Source of the DNA: an uncultured Clostridia bacterium
GTDB lineage: Bacteria; Acidobacteriota; Aminicenantia; UBA2199
NCBI GenBank assembly: GCA_964502145.1
Contig: CAZCVI010000002.1
Location: forward strand, 117,383-181,382
Length of the DNA: 64,000 nt
Direction of reading: 5' to 3'
The notes beneath the pieces are model-generated. The model did not search any database. It was given only the letters and a program-made list of their open reading frames with translations, and had not been told where the DNA came from. Shown here in pieces: positions 27,814 through 37,540 of this stretch (within the stretch, counting starts at the first letter, position 1; each line of letters opens with the position of its first letter). A program made the position numbers and the translations under genes.

Positions 27814-29202
27814 TTGATAAATAATTTTAATGAAGGATATGACATGCCTGAAACAAATAATGAACCAAGATTCACGTGCGATTGGATTTTTAATATACTG
27901 GTGGTCTTAAGCGACGGGAAAGTGGTGTGCGGGTGCGCGGACCCTTATGGTCAGAGACCTCTGGGCCATTTACAGGAAAAGGGAATCTACGAGATTTGGA
28001 ATTCTGAGCCAGTGAAACAAATCCGCCGGGATTTGAACGCGGGACATGCCGATTTCTGCGGTCCCTGCGGTTTGAAACGGTTCCTCAAAGAAAACGAAAC
28101 GCTACCACAAGCACCGGAACACCTGGACGTATTACCCCGACTATTTTTGGAACCGACGGTGTTATGCAACCTGAACTGCTTCAAAGCGGTGTGCAGCAAA
28201 GAAGCGGATATCTTAAAATCGCGCACACGGACTATTTTTCCGGTTGAAGAATTTAAAAGTCTTTTAGATCAAGTGTGGGAGAAACTGATCCGCTTGGATT
28301 TTTTTAACTACGGCGACCCTTTTGTTCATCCACAAGCGGCGGAAATGATGGCTTATATTAAAGAAAAATACAGGCATATCTATCTGTATGTGAGTACGAA
28401 CGGATTGATGCTGGATGAAGAGAAAATAAAAATTCTGGCGGCTTCGGGGGTGGATGAGATTACATTTTCGGTGGATGGGGTAGATCAGGAATCGTATGGT
28501 CACTACCGACAGGGCGGGGATTTTAATAAAGTGCTGGGGCTGATGGCCAAAATGGTAGCGGAGCGAAATAAAATAGGTCGCGAAGTGCCTTTTATTAACT
28601 GGCGTTATATTCTGTTTAATTGGAACGATTCCGTTGCGCAGATGAAACGGGCGAAAAAACTGGCGGCCAAAATCGGCGTCGATCGTTTTACCTGGGAAAT
28701 CACGGATCACCCAGTAGAAGGGAAATCGGAAAAATACCAGATCGGCACGGAGGCATGGAAAAAGATATATTATGAAATCTGGGATACGAGCCAAATTGGC
28801 AACGTGGTGAAAAAGAATCGTTTCATGGCAAAAATAAAGGTCTTGTCTGGACGGGTGGATATGGCGGTTGGGGGTGACGCTGTGAATGTCCGGGTGCAAG
28901 TGAAAAACAAGGGGGGCGCACTGTGGCGGAAAGTAACGTGGTCGGGTCGTAGACTGGTTCGCCTGGGCGCACAATGGTATGACAGGGATAAAAAACTGCT
29001 GGACCTGAATTATGCACGGGTGTTTTTAAATAAAGACTTGGGTTATCGGAAAAAAGATATCTTAACGATCACGTTACCGCCATTATCGCAACCTGGGGAG
29101 TATTTTCTGAAGTTTGATATGGTTTCGGAGGGCAATGATTGGTTTGAAAACGGGGGCTCGCCAGTGGTGTGGGTGCCGTTTAGGGTTTATGCGGGGGGGT
29201 AA
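27814..29202 (+). CDS. Cys-rich Fe-S / radical-SAM-like protein (non-canonical CNLNCFKAVC plus N-terminal CGC...CGPCG cluster)
   Basis: TIM-barrel-like pattern (LYVSTNGLML, DEITFSVDG) after the Cys motifs. Assignment is tentative. Confidence 0.45.
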   Translation: MINNFNEGYDMPETNNEPRFTCDWIFNILVVLSDGKVVCGCADPYGQRPLGHLQEKGIYEIWNSEPVKQIRRDLNAGHADFCGPCGLKRFLKENETLPQAPEHLDVLPRLFLEPTVLCNLNCFKAVCSKEADILKSRTRTIFPVEEFKSLLDQVWEKLIRLDFFNYGDPFVHPQAAEMMAYIKEKYRHIYLYVSTNGLMLDEEKIKILAASGVDEITFSVDGVDQESYGHYRQGGDFNKVLGLMAKMVAERNKIGREVPFINWRYILFNWNDSVAQMKRAKKLAAKIGVDRFTWEITDHPVEGKSEKYQIGTEAWKKIYYEIWDTSQIGNVVKKNRFMAKIKVLSGRVDMAVGGDAVNVRVQVKNKGGALWRKVTWSGRRLVRLGAQWYDRDKKLLDLNYARVFLNKDLGYRKKDILTITLPPLSQPGEYFLKFDMVSEGNDWFENGGSPVVWVPFRVYAGG

Positions 29203-29203
29203 T

Positions 29204-29257
29204 GGGAGGAATGGGAAGTATGGGAATTATGGGAGTTATGGGAAGAATGGGATATTT
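29204..29257 (+). repeat. Six tandem 9-bp repeats (taatgggag gaatgggaa gtatgggaa ttatgggag ttatgggaa gaatgggat) directly after the stop of the upstream gene
   Basis: Read directly. The reverse complement of the unit is the same nonamer found inside the NRPS A domains. Confidence 0.85.
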
Positions 29258-29356
29258 AGAACTATTTCTGAAAACACTGAATTTTATTAAAATAAGCTTG
29301 TAAGATTTTTAAATATTTTATATGATATCAGGGTAAATAATGAATTGGAGGTTGTT

Positions 29357-30148
29357 ATGGATTTAAAAATTAAAGGAAAAGTGGCGGTAGTCACGGCTTG
29401 CAGTAAGGGGTTGGGTTTTGCTGTGGCTGAAGCTCTGGCTGCAGAAGGGGTGAACCTGGCGATTTGTTCGCGGAATAAAGAAAAAATCGCGGAAGTGGCC
29501 GATTACCTGCGTGCGATGTATGAAGTAGACGTGCTGCACGATGTCTGCGATGTGACGGATAATGAGGGTATTGTGGCTTTTAAAGAGAAGGTGATCGAGC
29601 GTTTTAAAACCTGCGATATTCTGTTTACGAATGCGGGCGGCCCGAAACCAGGGAAAATTGAGGATTTTACAGGCGCGGATTTTAAAAAAGCCATTGATTT
29701 GAATCTGATGAGCACGATTAATTTGATATATGCTTTTTTGCCTTATATGAAACAACAAAAGTGGGGCCGGATCTTGGCTTTGACTTCTATCTCGGTGAAA
29801 CAACCAATTCCAACGCTGGTGCTTTCCAATGTATCGCGGGCTGGGGTGGTGGCGTTTATCAAGAGTTTGGCCCGGGAAGTGGCACCCCTTAATATCACGG
29901 CCAATACAATCGCCCCGGGGTACTTGATGACGGAACGGGTGAAAGACCTCCTGGAAGTGAAAGCAAAAAACGAGGGGATTACCTACGAACAAGCCAGAAC
30001 GGGAACAATTGAACTGATCCCGGTACATAAAATCGGGGCACCCCAGGACCTGGGGGCATTATGCGCCTTCCTGGCCTCGGAACATGCTTCCTATATCACG
30101 GGGGGAACACATCTGATTGACGGGGGAATGTATGGTGGTTTGATGTGA
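29357..30148 (+). CDS. SDR-family oxidoreductase (3-oxoacyl-ACP reductase-like)
   Basis: GKVAVVTACSKGLGFAVAEALAAEG (TGxxxGxG-like), catalytic YxxxK region and NAG motif (FTNAGG). GGAGG six nt upstream of the ATG at 29357. Confidence 0.8.
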   Translation: MDLKIKGKVAVVTACSKGLGFAVAEALAAEGVNLAICSRNKEKIAEVADYLRAMYEVDVLHDVCDVTDNEGIVAFKEKVIERFKTCDILFTNAGGPKPGKIEDFTGADFKKAIDLNLMSTINLIYAFLPYMKQQKWGRILALTSISVKQPIPTLVLSNVSRAGVVAFIKSLAREVAPLNITANTIAPGYLMTERVKDLLEVKAKNEGITYEQARTGTIELIPVHKIGAPQDLGALCAFLASEHASYITGGTHLIDGGMYGGLM

Positions 30149-30152
30149 CAAC

Positions 30153-30224
30153 AGCGGGCAACGGGGCTCGAACCCGTAGCATCCAGCTTGGGAAGCTGAT
30201 ACTCTACCATTGAGTTATGCCCGC
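30153..30224 (-). tRNA. tRNA-Gly (anticodon CCC)
   Basis: The reverse complement folds as a cloverleaf with a 7-bp acceptor stem GCGGGCA/TGCCCGC, D-arm AGTGGTAGAG-like, anticodon stem TCAGC/GCTGG, loop TTCCCAA and T-arm GGTTCGAGCCC. No encoded CCA. Confidence 0.85.
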
Positions 30225-30561
30225 ACTGTTGAAAAATAGTATTTTATAAAAAAAATCATTGAAATGCAATAGGTTCGCGCATTTTTTTTGCATTTTATTT
30301 TTTTAGAAAGGGTCTGCAAGAATAGATAGTGAAGGGAAGTGATTGTAGGGATGGTTCAAAATGGGTGTATAAAAAAAAGGCAGGCTGACGAATGAACCAT
30401 CGACTCATGTATTTCAAACGTCAGTCTGCATTTAACGGACTTTTATGTCGGTGTTACACTAACACCATGTTTTCATACCATATATTATATATAAAAATGG
30501 CGAATTTTCAATTTATTTTTTTTAATATATAATGTAAGAAAACTGTGAAGTACTTGAATAC

Positions 30562-31173
30562 TTAGATGACACCTGCCTTTTTGAGGTATGCGATGACGGT
30601 TTCCACTTCTTGGTCAATGGTGTGGGTATCGGCGTCAAGTATGATCTCGGCGCGTAATGGTTCTTCGTAAGGGGCGGAAATACCGGTAAACTCTTTGATC
30701 TCGCCATTCTTGGCTTTTTTATACAGTCCTTTGGGGTCTCGTTGTTCGCAGGTATCTATGGACGCTTTGACATAAATTTCGATAAAGCGACCAGCCCCGA
30801 GGAGTTCTCTGCCAAAATCGCGGTCTTTGCGATAAGGGGAAATAAAGGCGGTGGTGGTAATGACGCCCGCATCGGCGAACAGGTTACCTACTTCTGCAAT
30901 ACGACGGATATTCTCTTCGCGATCAGCGGGGGAAAAACCGAGGTTCTTGTTGAGACCGTGACGGATATTGTCGCCATCCAGTACATAGGTTAATTTACCG
31001 ATTTGATGCAGCCGGGCAGTCACCTCGTTGGCAATAGTGGATTTGCCACTGGCGGAAAGTCCGGTAAACCATAATAATACGCCTTTTTGTTTGAGAAGGG
31101 CTTCACGCTCTTCACGACTTACTTTGTGCTCGTGCCAAGTGATGTGGGTGGCTTTCTGAAAATTGCTATTCAT
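30562..31173 (-). CDS. cysC: Adenylylsulfate (APS) kinase
   Basis: [18 protein letters not shown] (P-loop) and overall 203-aa CysC pattern. GGAGG 13 nt upstream. Confidence 0.85.
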   Translation of the reverse strand: MNSNFQKATHITWHEHKVSREEREALLKQKGVLLWFTGLSASGKSTIANEVTARLHQIGKLTYVLDGDNIRHGLNKNLGFSPADREENIRRIAEVGNLFADAGVITTTAFISPYRKDRDFGRELLGAGRFIEIYVKASIDTCEQRDPKGLYKKAKNGEIKEFTGISAPYEEPLRAEIILDADTHTIDQEVETVIAYLKKAGVI

Positions 31174-31307
31174 TGCTGTACTTATCCTCCAAAGGGTGAT
31201 GTTGTGTTTTCTTTTTTGTTTTCTTTTTATTATTATTTTATTTTAAACAATAAAAGGTAACGATAGCAAATTATTGGCATAAATGCAAGGAATTTGTGCG
31301 GAAAAAA

Positions 31308-31352
31308 ATGTGGACGATATGGACAGTATGGACGATATGGACGATGGGGATG
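31308..31352 (+). repeat. About five tandem 9-bp repeats of the variant unit ATGGACGAT / ATGGACAGT
   Basis: Read directly. Related to the ATGGGA nonamer at 29204 and, in reverse complement, to GTCCAYATC repeats at 37781-37812. Confidence 0.8.
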
Positions 31353-31358
31353 GTGAAT

Positions 31359-32006
31359 TTATTCTAGAGAGGGGGATTTGACTTTGAGAGAGAGGGTGTT
31401 TTTCTGGTCGATCATCATTAATTCGAGGTTTAGAACTTTGGCAATATAATGGAAGGTTTTGGGGGTGAAGAAGGAGATGTGGGTGGCATCGCGGCGATAC
31501 CACCACTGGAAGAATTGTGCAGCCACGGGAGTTTGCAGGGGATGGAATAGGGTCATAATGGCCAATATGCCACCGGGATTGAGCAATTCTTTTAATAAGG
31601 TGAGTGTCTCAAAGGGATTTTTGAGATGTTCCAGTACCTCGGTACAGGTGATGAGATCATAGGTGTGCCCAAAATATATTTTTTCCGGGGCAAAGTAGGG
31701 GTCATAGACGTGTACGTCGTATCCTCTTTTTTTTAAGAGTGAGGCCAACACAGGGCCAGGACCGCTACCGAAATCAAGGGCGGTTTGGATGTGGGGGTGG
31801 AAAGGGTGAATGCTTTTTGCTATGAACTGTTCTAACATGGACACGTATCCACATTCTTCGACAGTATTTATATGTTGGAGATATCTTTGCCGTTCTTGTT
31901 CGGGAGGAAGTATTTTTGACTCTGCAATGGCAATAAAATAGCACTTGGGGCAGAAATAGTAATAAAGGATAGGGCACAACGGCCCGGCACAAATTTTACA
32001 GCCCAT
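31359..32006 (-). CDS. Class I SAM-dependent methyltransferase with an N-terminal Cys-rich (zinc-ribbon-like) segment
   Basis: Motif I LDFGSGPGPVLASLL and motif post-I DVHVYDP are present. N-terminal CKICAGPLC...CPKC. Confidence 0.6.
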   Translation of the reverse strand: MGCKICAGPLCPILYYYFCPKCYFIAIAESKILPPEQERQRYLQHINTVEECGYVSMLEQFIAKSIHPFHPHIQTALDFGSGPGPVLASLLKKRGYDVHVYDPYFAPEKIYFGHTYDLITCTEVLEHLKNPFETLTLLKELLNPGGILAIMTLFHPLQTPVAAQFFQWWYRRDATHISFFTPKTFHYIAKVLNLELMMIDQKNTLSLKVKSPSLE

Positions 32007-32019
32007 CAGGGGGAATTTA

Positions 32020-32490
32020 TTACTCCTTTATAAAGGGTGGAAGTTCTTTATAACTCTTCTGGGTCAGAAAGAGACTGCTGTCATAGTAATATTTATCCGC
32101 TTCTTTAACGAGAATGATGACAAAAATTTCACCACCGACTTTTTTCACCATGCCAGCCATTCCGTCTTTACCTTCAAAGGTAGTCATCAGGCGGAACTCA
32201 GTGACGTCAATGATGTCCTTGGCATTGGCCTTGTATTTGGTAAAAATGCGATCCATATCGGCTGGGTTCTGGGAGATTATGGCTTGGTATTCACTCCGTT
32301 TTTCTTCGGGCATTAGCGCGATGATGGTGGTATAGTCACTGGTTTGGAGTGCTAAAAGGATTGCCTTGGTCACGGCATTGGGATCGGCTTGATCCACTTC
32401 GGCAGCCTGTAAAAGAGAATAAAAACCGTAAAATCCCAACGCCAAGAAGCATACAATATAAATACATCGGCTGGTTGCTTTAAGCATCAA
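32020..32490 (-). CDS. Hypothetical exported protein (N-terminal transmembrane/signal segment)
   Basis: Hydrophobic N-terminus CIYIVCFLALGFYGFYSLLQA. No recognisable domain. Confidence 0.4.
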   Translation of the reverse strand: MMLKATSRCIYIVCFLALGFYGFYSLLQAAEVDQADPNAVTKAILLALQTSDYTTIIALMPEEKRSEYQAIISQNPADMDRIFTKYKANAKDIIDVTEFRLMTTFEGKDGMAGMVKKVGGEIFVIILVKEADKYYYDSSLFLTQKSYKELPPFIKE

Positions 32491-32685
32491 ATCCTCCTAA
32501 AAGCTTTTATTCTTCATCTTCCACTGTTCTTGGCTTTCTCCTGCGATACTAACCGATTTTATAATATTATATCATACCAGCTTATTAAAAAAAAAACAAG
32601 TAGAAAAACAGCCTAAATTCACTGCCGTGTTAAAAAAAATTATGGTTTCGAGATTATGGCAGTGAATTTAGGCAGTAGAAAGTAT

Positions 32686-34866
32686 TTATTTGATATTCAT
32701 TTCGGTTATGAGGTGTCCGGCGCCAGCGAATTTATCGAGGAACCAGAGAATATACCGAATATCAACGCCGATGGAACGACTGTATTTTTCATCCCAGCCA
32801 AAATCGTTGATCGTGGCTTCATACACGCGGTCGAAATTAAGGCCGATCAATTGACCCCAGGCATTTAAAACGGGGCTTCCCGAATTGCCGCCGGTGGTGT
32901 CCATATTAAAAAGGATGTTAACGGGAACATCTTTTAATCCGGGATGCATAAACATACCGTATTCTTTGTTTTTGGAGAGGTTCAGCAATCGTTCGGGGGC
33001 GATATAGGGGGGCAGGCCGGTATTTTTTTCTACTACGCCGCTTAGAGTGGTAAATGGTTTGTAATACACGGCATCGGCGGGAGAATAGCCGCGAATATGA
33101 CCATAAGTTAATCGTAACGTGCTGTTGGCATCAGGAATAAAGTGGGTGCCTTTAAACTCTTTTTTGACATCGATCAATTGCGCGGATAATTCATCAAGTA
33201 TTCCTTTTTGTTGTTCCTCTTTATTTTTCTTATTTTGGAACGTCGGATAGAGCGCGGCAGCCAGTCGGAGGAAGGGATCATCGATTTGCTGTAATTCGAG
33301 GGTGCTCTTGGAGAATAAACCGATGAGGTAATCGTTTTCATAGAGCTTTGAAGTGCTGTAGGCTTTTTCTATGAAGGAATCGACAGCTTTTTCCACTTCC
33401 ACTTCAACACCTTCTTTTCTGGCCAGGATAAGTTCTTCCACGGCAGGCACGCGATAGGGGACGGGCATGGTAGCGGCTCTCATCAAGACCGCTTTTAAGA
33501 TGATTTTATCGGCTGCGGGCACATAGTTTCGTAAACCCAGGGTCATGAATTGTTTGGTGCGGTCGAAATTACGCTCCATATATTCGGATTCACGGTCGGT
33601 GTCTTTCTTTTTTAATTCGATAGAGGCTTCATATACGGTATACGCATTGGCTAACATGGCACTGCTACGATTGAAGAATTGCAGCAGGAGGTCATAATTG
33701 GCGTCCTTGCGTTTTTCGCTGTAAAGCTCTTTAAGCCGTTCCAAGACTGTGCCGTATTTTTGCTGGCGTTTGGGATCGGCATTGATAAAGGCCAACATCT
33801 CTTTTTCTTCTTGTTGTTTTTTTTCGGTCAGTTTCAGGGCTTTTAGTGCTTTTAACTGGCCTTTATAGGATTTCATGGTATTCCACAAGCCTTTCAGTTG
33901 CGGGGCCAATTTGATCTCTGTGTCACGGTCTTTTTTGCTCAGTTCTTCCAGCACGTGGATGTTCCAACTGAATAATTCGACGACGTATGGTTTGCGTATT
34001 TCTTCTTCGAAAGCGTAAAAATAGGAGGAGCGATGTCTGAAAGTCGAGCCGGGGTAGCCAAGAATAAACACGAAATCTTCTTCTTTGACTCCTTCTGGGG
34101 CCACTTGGAGGTATTTTTTAGGGTGGAAGGGGATATTTTTTTCCGAGTATTCAGCGGAGGAACCATCTGGGGCGACATAGGCTCTCATGAAGGTAAAATC
34201 GCCGGTATGTCTGGGCCACATCCAGTTATCGAGTTCGCCACCGTATTCACCGATACTACGGGGTGGGGCATACACGAGGCGGATGTCTTTTAAATAGGTA
34301 TAGATAAATAATATGTAGGTTTTACCCTGGAACATCTCGGCGACTTCGGCGCGGCGACCGGGTAATTTTTTCTCTGTGAGCACGACCATATCTTTGATTG
34401 TTTTTTCAATGGCTTTGGTACGTTCTGCATAGGTCATTTTTTTCTTGATGGCTTTTAAGATGTCTTGGGAGACATCCTGGTAGGATTCGATTAAACGAAC
34501 AGTGTATCCTTTGGCGGGTAATTCGGTGGCGCGTTCCATGGCGGTAAAACCGGTGAGCATATAATCTTTATCCTGGGTGGTGACGGATTGAATAGCGCGA
34601 AAGGCGCAATGGTAATTGGTTAGTATTAAACCCTCGGGTGACACAAAGGAGGCGGTACAGCCGCTTAAATTAATAATGCCATCAATCACGCTGACGCCAG
34701 CGGGATTGTACAGCTCCTTGGAATCGAGTTGAAAGCCAAGGACTTTGAGGTCCAGTTTACTTATTTCACTCAATGGGATCATGCCCTCTTCAGAATAAAG
34801 GGCGAGGGGTAACGAACAGCAAAGCAACAGGATTGCTGCGAATAGAATACATCTTTTTAATGTCAT
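32686..34866 (-). CDS. Peptidase S46 family (dipeptidyl-peptidase 7/11-like serine protease)
   Basis: Signal peptide. SGCTASFVSPEGLILTNYHCA (catalytic His region) and GGNSGSPVLN (Ser nucleophile). 726 aa with the helical insertion domain typical of S46. Confidence 0.8.
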   Translation of the reverse strand: MTLKRCILFAAILLLCCSLPLALYSEEGMIPLSEISKLDLKVLGFQLDSKELYNPAGVSVIDGIINLSGCTASFVSPEGLILTNYHCAFRAIQSVTTQDKDYMLTGFTAMERATELPAKGYTVRLIESYQDVSQDILKAIKKKMTYAERTKAIEKTIKDMVVLTEKKLPGRRAEVAEMFQGKTYILFIYTYLKDIRLVYAPPRSIGEYGGELDNWMWPRHTGDFTFMRAYVAPDGSSAEYSEKNIPFHPKKYLQVAPEGVKEEDFVFILGYPGSTFRHRSSYFYAFEEEIRKPYVVELFSWNIHVLEELSKKDRDTEIKLAPQLKGLWNTMKSYKGQLKALKALKLTEKKQQEEKEMLAFINADPKRQQKYGTVLERLKELYSEKRKDANYDLLLQFFNRSSAMLANAYTVYEASIELKKKDTDRESEYMERNFDRTKQFMTLGLRNYVPAADKIILKAVLMRAATMPVPYRVPAVEELILARKEGVEVEVEKAVDSFIEKAYSTSKLYENDYLIGLFSKSTLELQQIDDPFLRLAAALYPTFQNKKNKEEQQKGILDELSAQLIDVKKEFKGTHFIPDANSTLRLTYGHIRGYSPADAVYYKPFTTLSGVVEKNTGLPPYIAPERLLNLSKNKEYGMFMHPGLKDVPVNILFNMDTTGGNSGSPVLNAWGQLIGLNFDRVYEATINDFGWDEKYSRSIGVDIRYILWFLDKFAGAGHLITEMNIK

Positions 34867-34935
34867 GGGAAATTCTCCTAATCTGTTTTGTTATTAAACG
34901 ACTAAATAAAAATTATTTTACCGGATTTGCTCGTA

Positions 34936-37266
34936 TTAGTCAATTGTTTGGTTATTGGGTTGGGCTTTTATTTCGAGGTAAAGACTCTGCAAAATATCCT
35001 TGATGATGCGGTAAAAAGAGAATGGAAAGACAAAGGTGCGGACATTATAGGCTTTGAATTCGGCGAATCCCTCGGATTTGTCTAAAAAGAGGTAGATGCG
35101 TTGGGGCAGGGTCAGGCCACGGAGAAGAAATTCGCGTAACATTTCGGGGTCGCAGAGCAGGATATCCATTTCTTTCATCTGGGGCTCGTTGTATACGACC
35201 ACTGTATCCAGTGTCGTTTCGGCTAGGGATTCGAGTAGTGCGGCGGTTAATTGCCGGTGGTGGAAATTTAATAGAATGCGTGGCGCGGTGGGCTCCAAAA
35301 ACTGGGAAAAGGGGATTTTATCCTGGTTTAACATTGCCTCGTTTCCGGGTACTTTCTTCTGGATAATAGGGGCCAGCATCTGGGCGATATGGGGGAACCG
35401 TGTGAAAAATCGCATCCAATCGCCCAGGTTGATGTGACTGCATGTAGTAAACGCATGGGCGAGATAGTCGTTGAGCAGTTCTTTTTTCATGACCAGTGTC
35501 ATGCGATGCTCGATGATGGCTCGTTCCAAGAGTTCAAAATCAAAGTCCTGGGATTGGATTAATCGTTTCAAGGCTGTGAACCCCTCTTCTATGCGCTTGA
35601 ATTCCAGGAACATATCATGGAAACTGGTTTTTATGCGTCGTAGTTCGCCTTTTTCCTGGGGGGTGAGGTTGGTTTCCCGTTTGGTTATAAAAAGGGACAA
35701 TGATTCGTTGATATTGTGGTAGGTGTCGATATCCAGGGTTTTTATGTATTTGAAGATGTTCAGAAACAGCAGGGTTAATTCGAGATTGTTGGCATTGATG
35801 ATCTTGGCAAACAATTTGGCAATGAACTCTTTGTCCTTAAAATTGAAGATCAGTTCCATGGGTATTATTTTTTCGATCAGTTGCAGGTATTTTTTGGTTT
35901 TGGAGACTGCCAGGTCTTCTACCACGATTTTTTCTAACAGGCGTTTGACTGTGGTTACTGGGAACAATTGGGATATGGTGTCAAAGTAGTCCTGGCCCAT
36001 AAAAAAGAATTCCCGTTCCCGTTCGGGGTCAAACAAGAGGTCTTTAACTTTAAACTCGTAATTCTCTTTTACTTTTGTCAGCAGTAGTTCTTTGAGGCGG
36101 TAGGTATCGGACAAAAAAATATTTTTGACCAATTCTACCAGATCGGGTACATCGTTATAGGGGAGGAAGCGCACAATGATGGCTTGGTCCTCGAAAGAAA
36201 GGGTAAAAAAGTGGTGGACAAAATAATCCAAGCCCTCTTTGAGGGAGAGGAGGGTACGGATGATTGATTCGTTAAGGGGTTCTTTTGCCCTGTAGAGGGT
36301 GAAAAGGAAGGGCGAGGCGACATCGTTTCCAGCCAGTTCTTCGATGATCGTGGGGCGTAGTTTTTCATCATCCGAATAGGTGGCTTCGATAAAGGAGATG
36401 ATTTCATCTTTTTTGCTTTTGCAGATCATGGCCAGTAGGAGTTGTCGCACGCGGATATCGCGGACATGGGCGAACTTTTCTTGTAAATTTCCAAGTTGTT
36501 CTTCCATGATAAATTGGTAGCGGGTGAGGTATTGTTTGAAATGATGGGTGAGCAGGTACAGTTCATCGCATTCTGGGGCGGTGATGCAGGGAATCTGGTG
36601 GAATCGGGTTTCGTAGAATCCTAAAATCTCGTTATCGTGGAAAATATCGCCGGTGATGCAGAGGATTTCAAAGGCGCCGTTTTGGATGAGTGGGTCCGGG
36701 CTGTTGAGGAATTTGGTGAACACGGTGACGTGTTCGGGGGTGAGGATACGTCGTAATATATCGAGGGCGATTTTAAAGGATTTGGGGTTCTTCTGGCCTT
36801 CCAGGAAACGGGGCATGAGGGCCAGGATGGGGTTATTTTCCTTGATGCGGCTGATTTCGGCGTTGATTGTGCTCAAGAGCATCGGATTATTTATCTTTTG
36901 CAGGGTTTGATTTAGAATGTTGAGGGCGGAGCGGTCGTTAAATTTTGAAACGGAGATGATCGCTTCTTGTTGGAGGCGGGAGTGTTGCACCGTGTCGATG
37001 ATTTTTTTCAAGGCAAACAGGAAGGATGGGCATCGCAGGTAACCGGCGACGCGGATAATTTCCATGCGTAAATCTGGGACCAGTGAGGAATCGTTTAACA
37101 GGCTGATCATTAATTCTTCGGCGGGCTTTTCGCCTTCTTTGACCAGGTTTTCAAGGGCCATGCGGAATTCCATTCCTTTGAATTGACTGGCATGGGTTAC
37201 AAGTGTTTTGATCTTTTCTAATATTGTATTTTTTTCGTCCATTGGTTTTATTATAGCAAAAATCAA
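34936..37266 (-). CDS. Large helical-repeat (HEAT/ARM-like) hypothetical protein with a degenerate receiver-like C-terminus, divergent from the NRPS operon
   Basis: 776-aa ORF with an alternative start MDEKN at 37242. The C-terminal DTVVVYNEP...DILLCD...RIYLFLD loosely resembles a REC domain but lacks the acidic pair. Confidence 0.45.
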   Translation of the reverse strand: MIFAIIKPMDEKNTILEKIKTLVTHASQFKGMEFRMALENLVKEGEKPAEELMISLLNDSSLVPDLRMEIIRVAGYLRCPSFLFALKKIIDTVQHSRLQQEAIISVSKFNDRSALNILNQTLQKINNPMLLSTINAEISRIKENNPILALMPRFLEGQKNPKSFKIALDILRRILTPEHVTVFTKFLNSPDPLIQNGAFEILCITGDIFHDNEILGFYETRFHQIPCITAPECDELYLLTHHFKQYLTRYQFIMEEQLGNLQEKFAHVRDIRVRQLLLAMICKSKKDEIISFIEATYSDDEKLRPTIIEELAGNDVASPFLFTLYRAKEPLNESIIRTLLSLKEGLDYFVHHFFTLSFEDQAIIVRFLPYNDVPDLVELVKNIFLSDTYRLKELLLTKVKENYEFKVKDLLFDPEREREFFFMGQDYFDTISQLFPVTTVKRLLEKIVVEDLAVSKTKKYLQLIEKIIPMELIFNFKDKEFIAKLFAKIINANNLELTLLFLNIFKYIKTLDIDTYHNINESLSLFITKRETNLTPQEKGELRRIKTSFHDMFLEFKRIEEGFTALKRLIQSQDFDFELLERAIIEHRMTLVMKKELLNDYLAHAFTTCSHINLGDWMRFFTRFPHIAQMLAPIIQKKVPGNEAMLNQDKIPFSQFLEPTAPRILLNFHHRQLTAALLESLAETTLDTVVVYNEPQMKEMDILLCDPEMLREFLLRGLTLPQRIYLFLDKSEGFAEFKAYNVRTFVFPFSFYRIIKDILQSLYLEIKAQPNNQTID

Positions 37267-37371
37267 ATTGTTTTAGAATCATCTGGAAAAAATATAAATT
37301 CCTCTTAATTCGGAACTGTTCGGGTAAGATGATCGATGAGTACGATATTCATCGTGATTGCAGAAAACAAA

Positions 37372-37381
37372 GGGGGGGGGG
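37372..37381. repeat. Homopolymeric G10 tract in the divergent promoter region
   Basis: Read directly: aaaggggggggggctt. Confidence 0.9.
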
Positions 37382-37430
37382 CTTAAGTGGTGAAAATATG
37401 TTTCGTCCGTTGGGTTTTTGTAATTATTTA

Positions 37431-37510
37431 TAGAACTGTCTATCTTTTTGTAGAATTATCTATCTTTTTGTAGAATTTTCCTGTTTTTCGTAGAATTTTT
37501 TGGTTTTAGA
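37431..37510 (+). repeat. Four tandem 20-bp imperfect direct repeats (TAGAAYTRTCTATCTTTTTG)
   Basis: tagaactgtctatctttttg / tagaattatctatctttttg / tagaattttcctgtttttcg / tagaattttttggttttaga. Confidence 0.8.
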
Positions 37511-37540
37511 GACAAATTTCTAATTTCAGTTACAATTTTT

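Noticed and set aside
37431-37510. Tandem 20-bp repeats considered as a CRISPR array
   Set aside because: The repeats are directly adjacent with no unique spacers of regular length, they are degenerate, and no cas genes are nearby. It is a simple tandem repeat.
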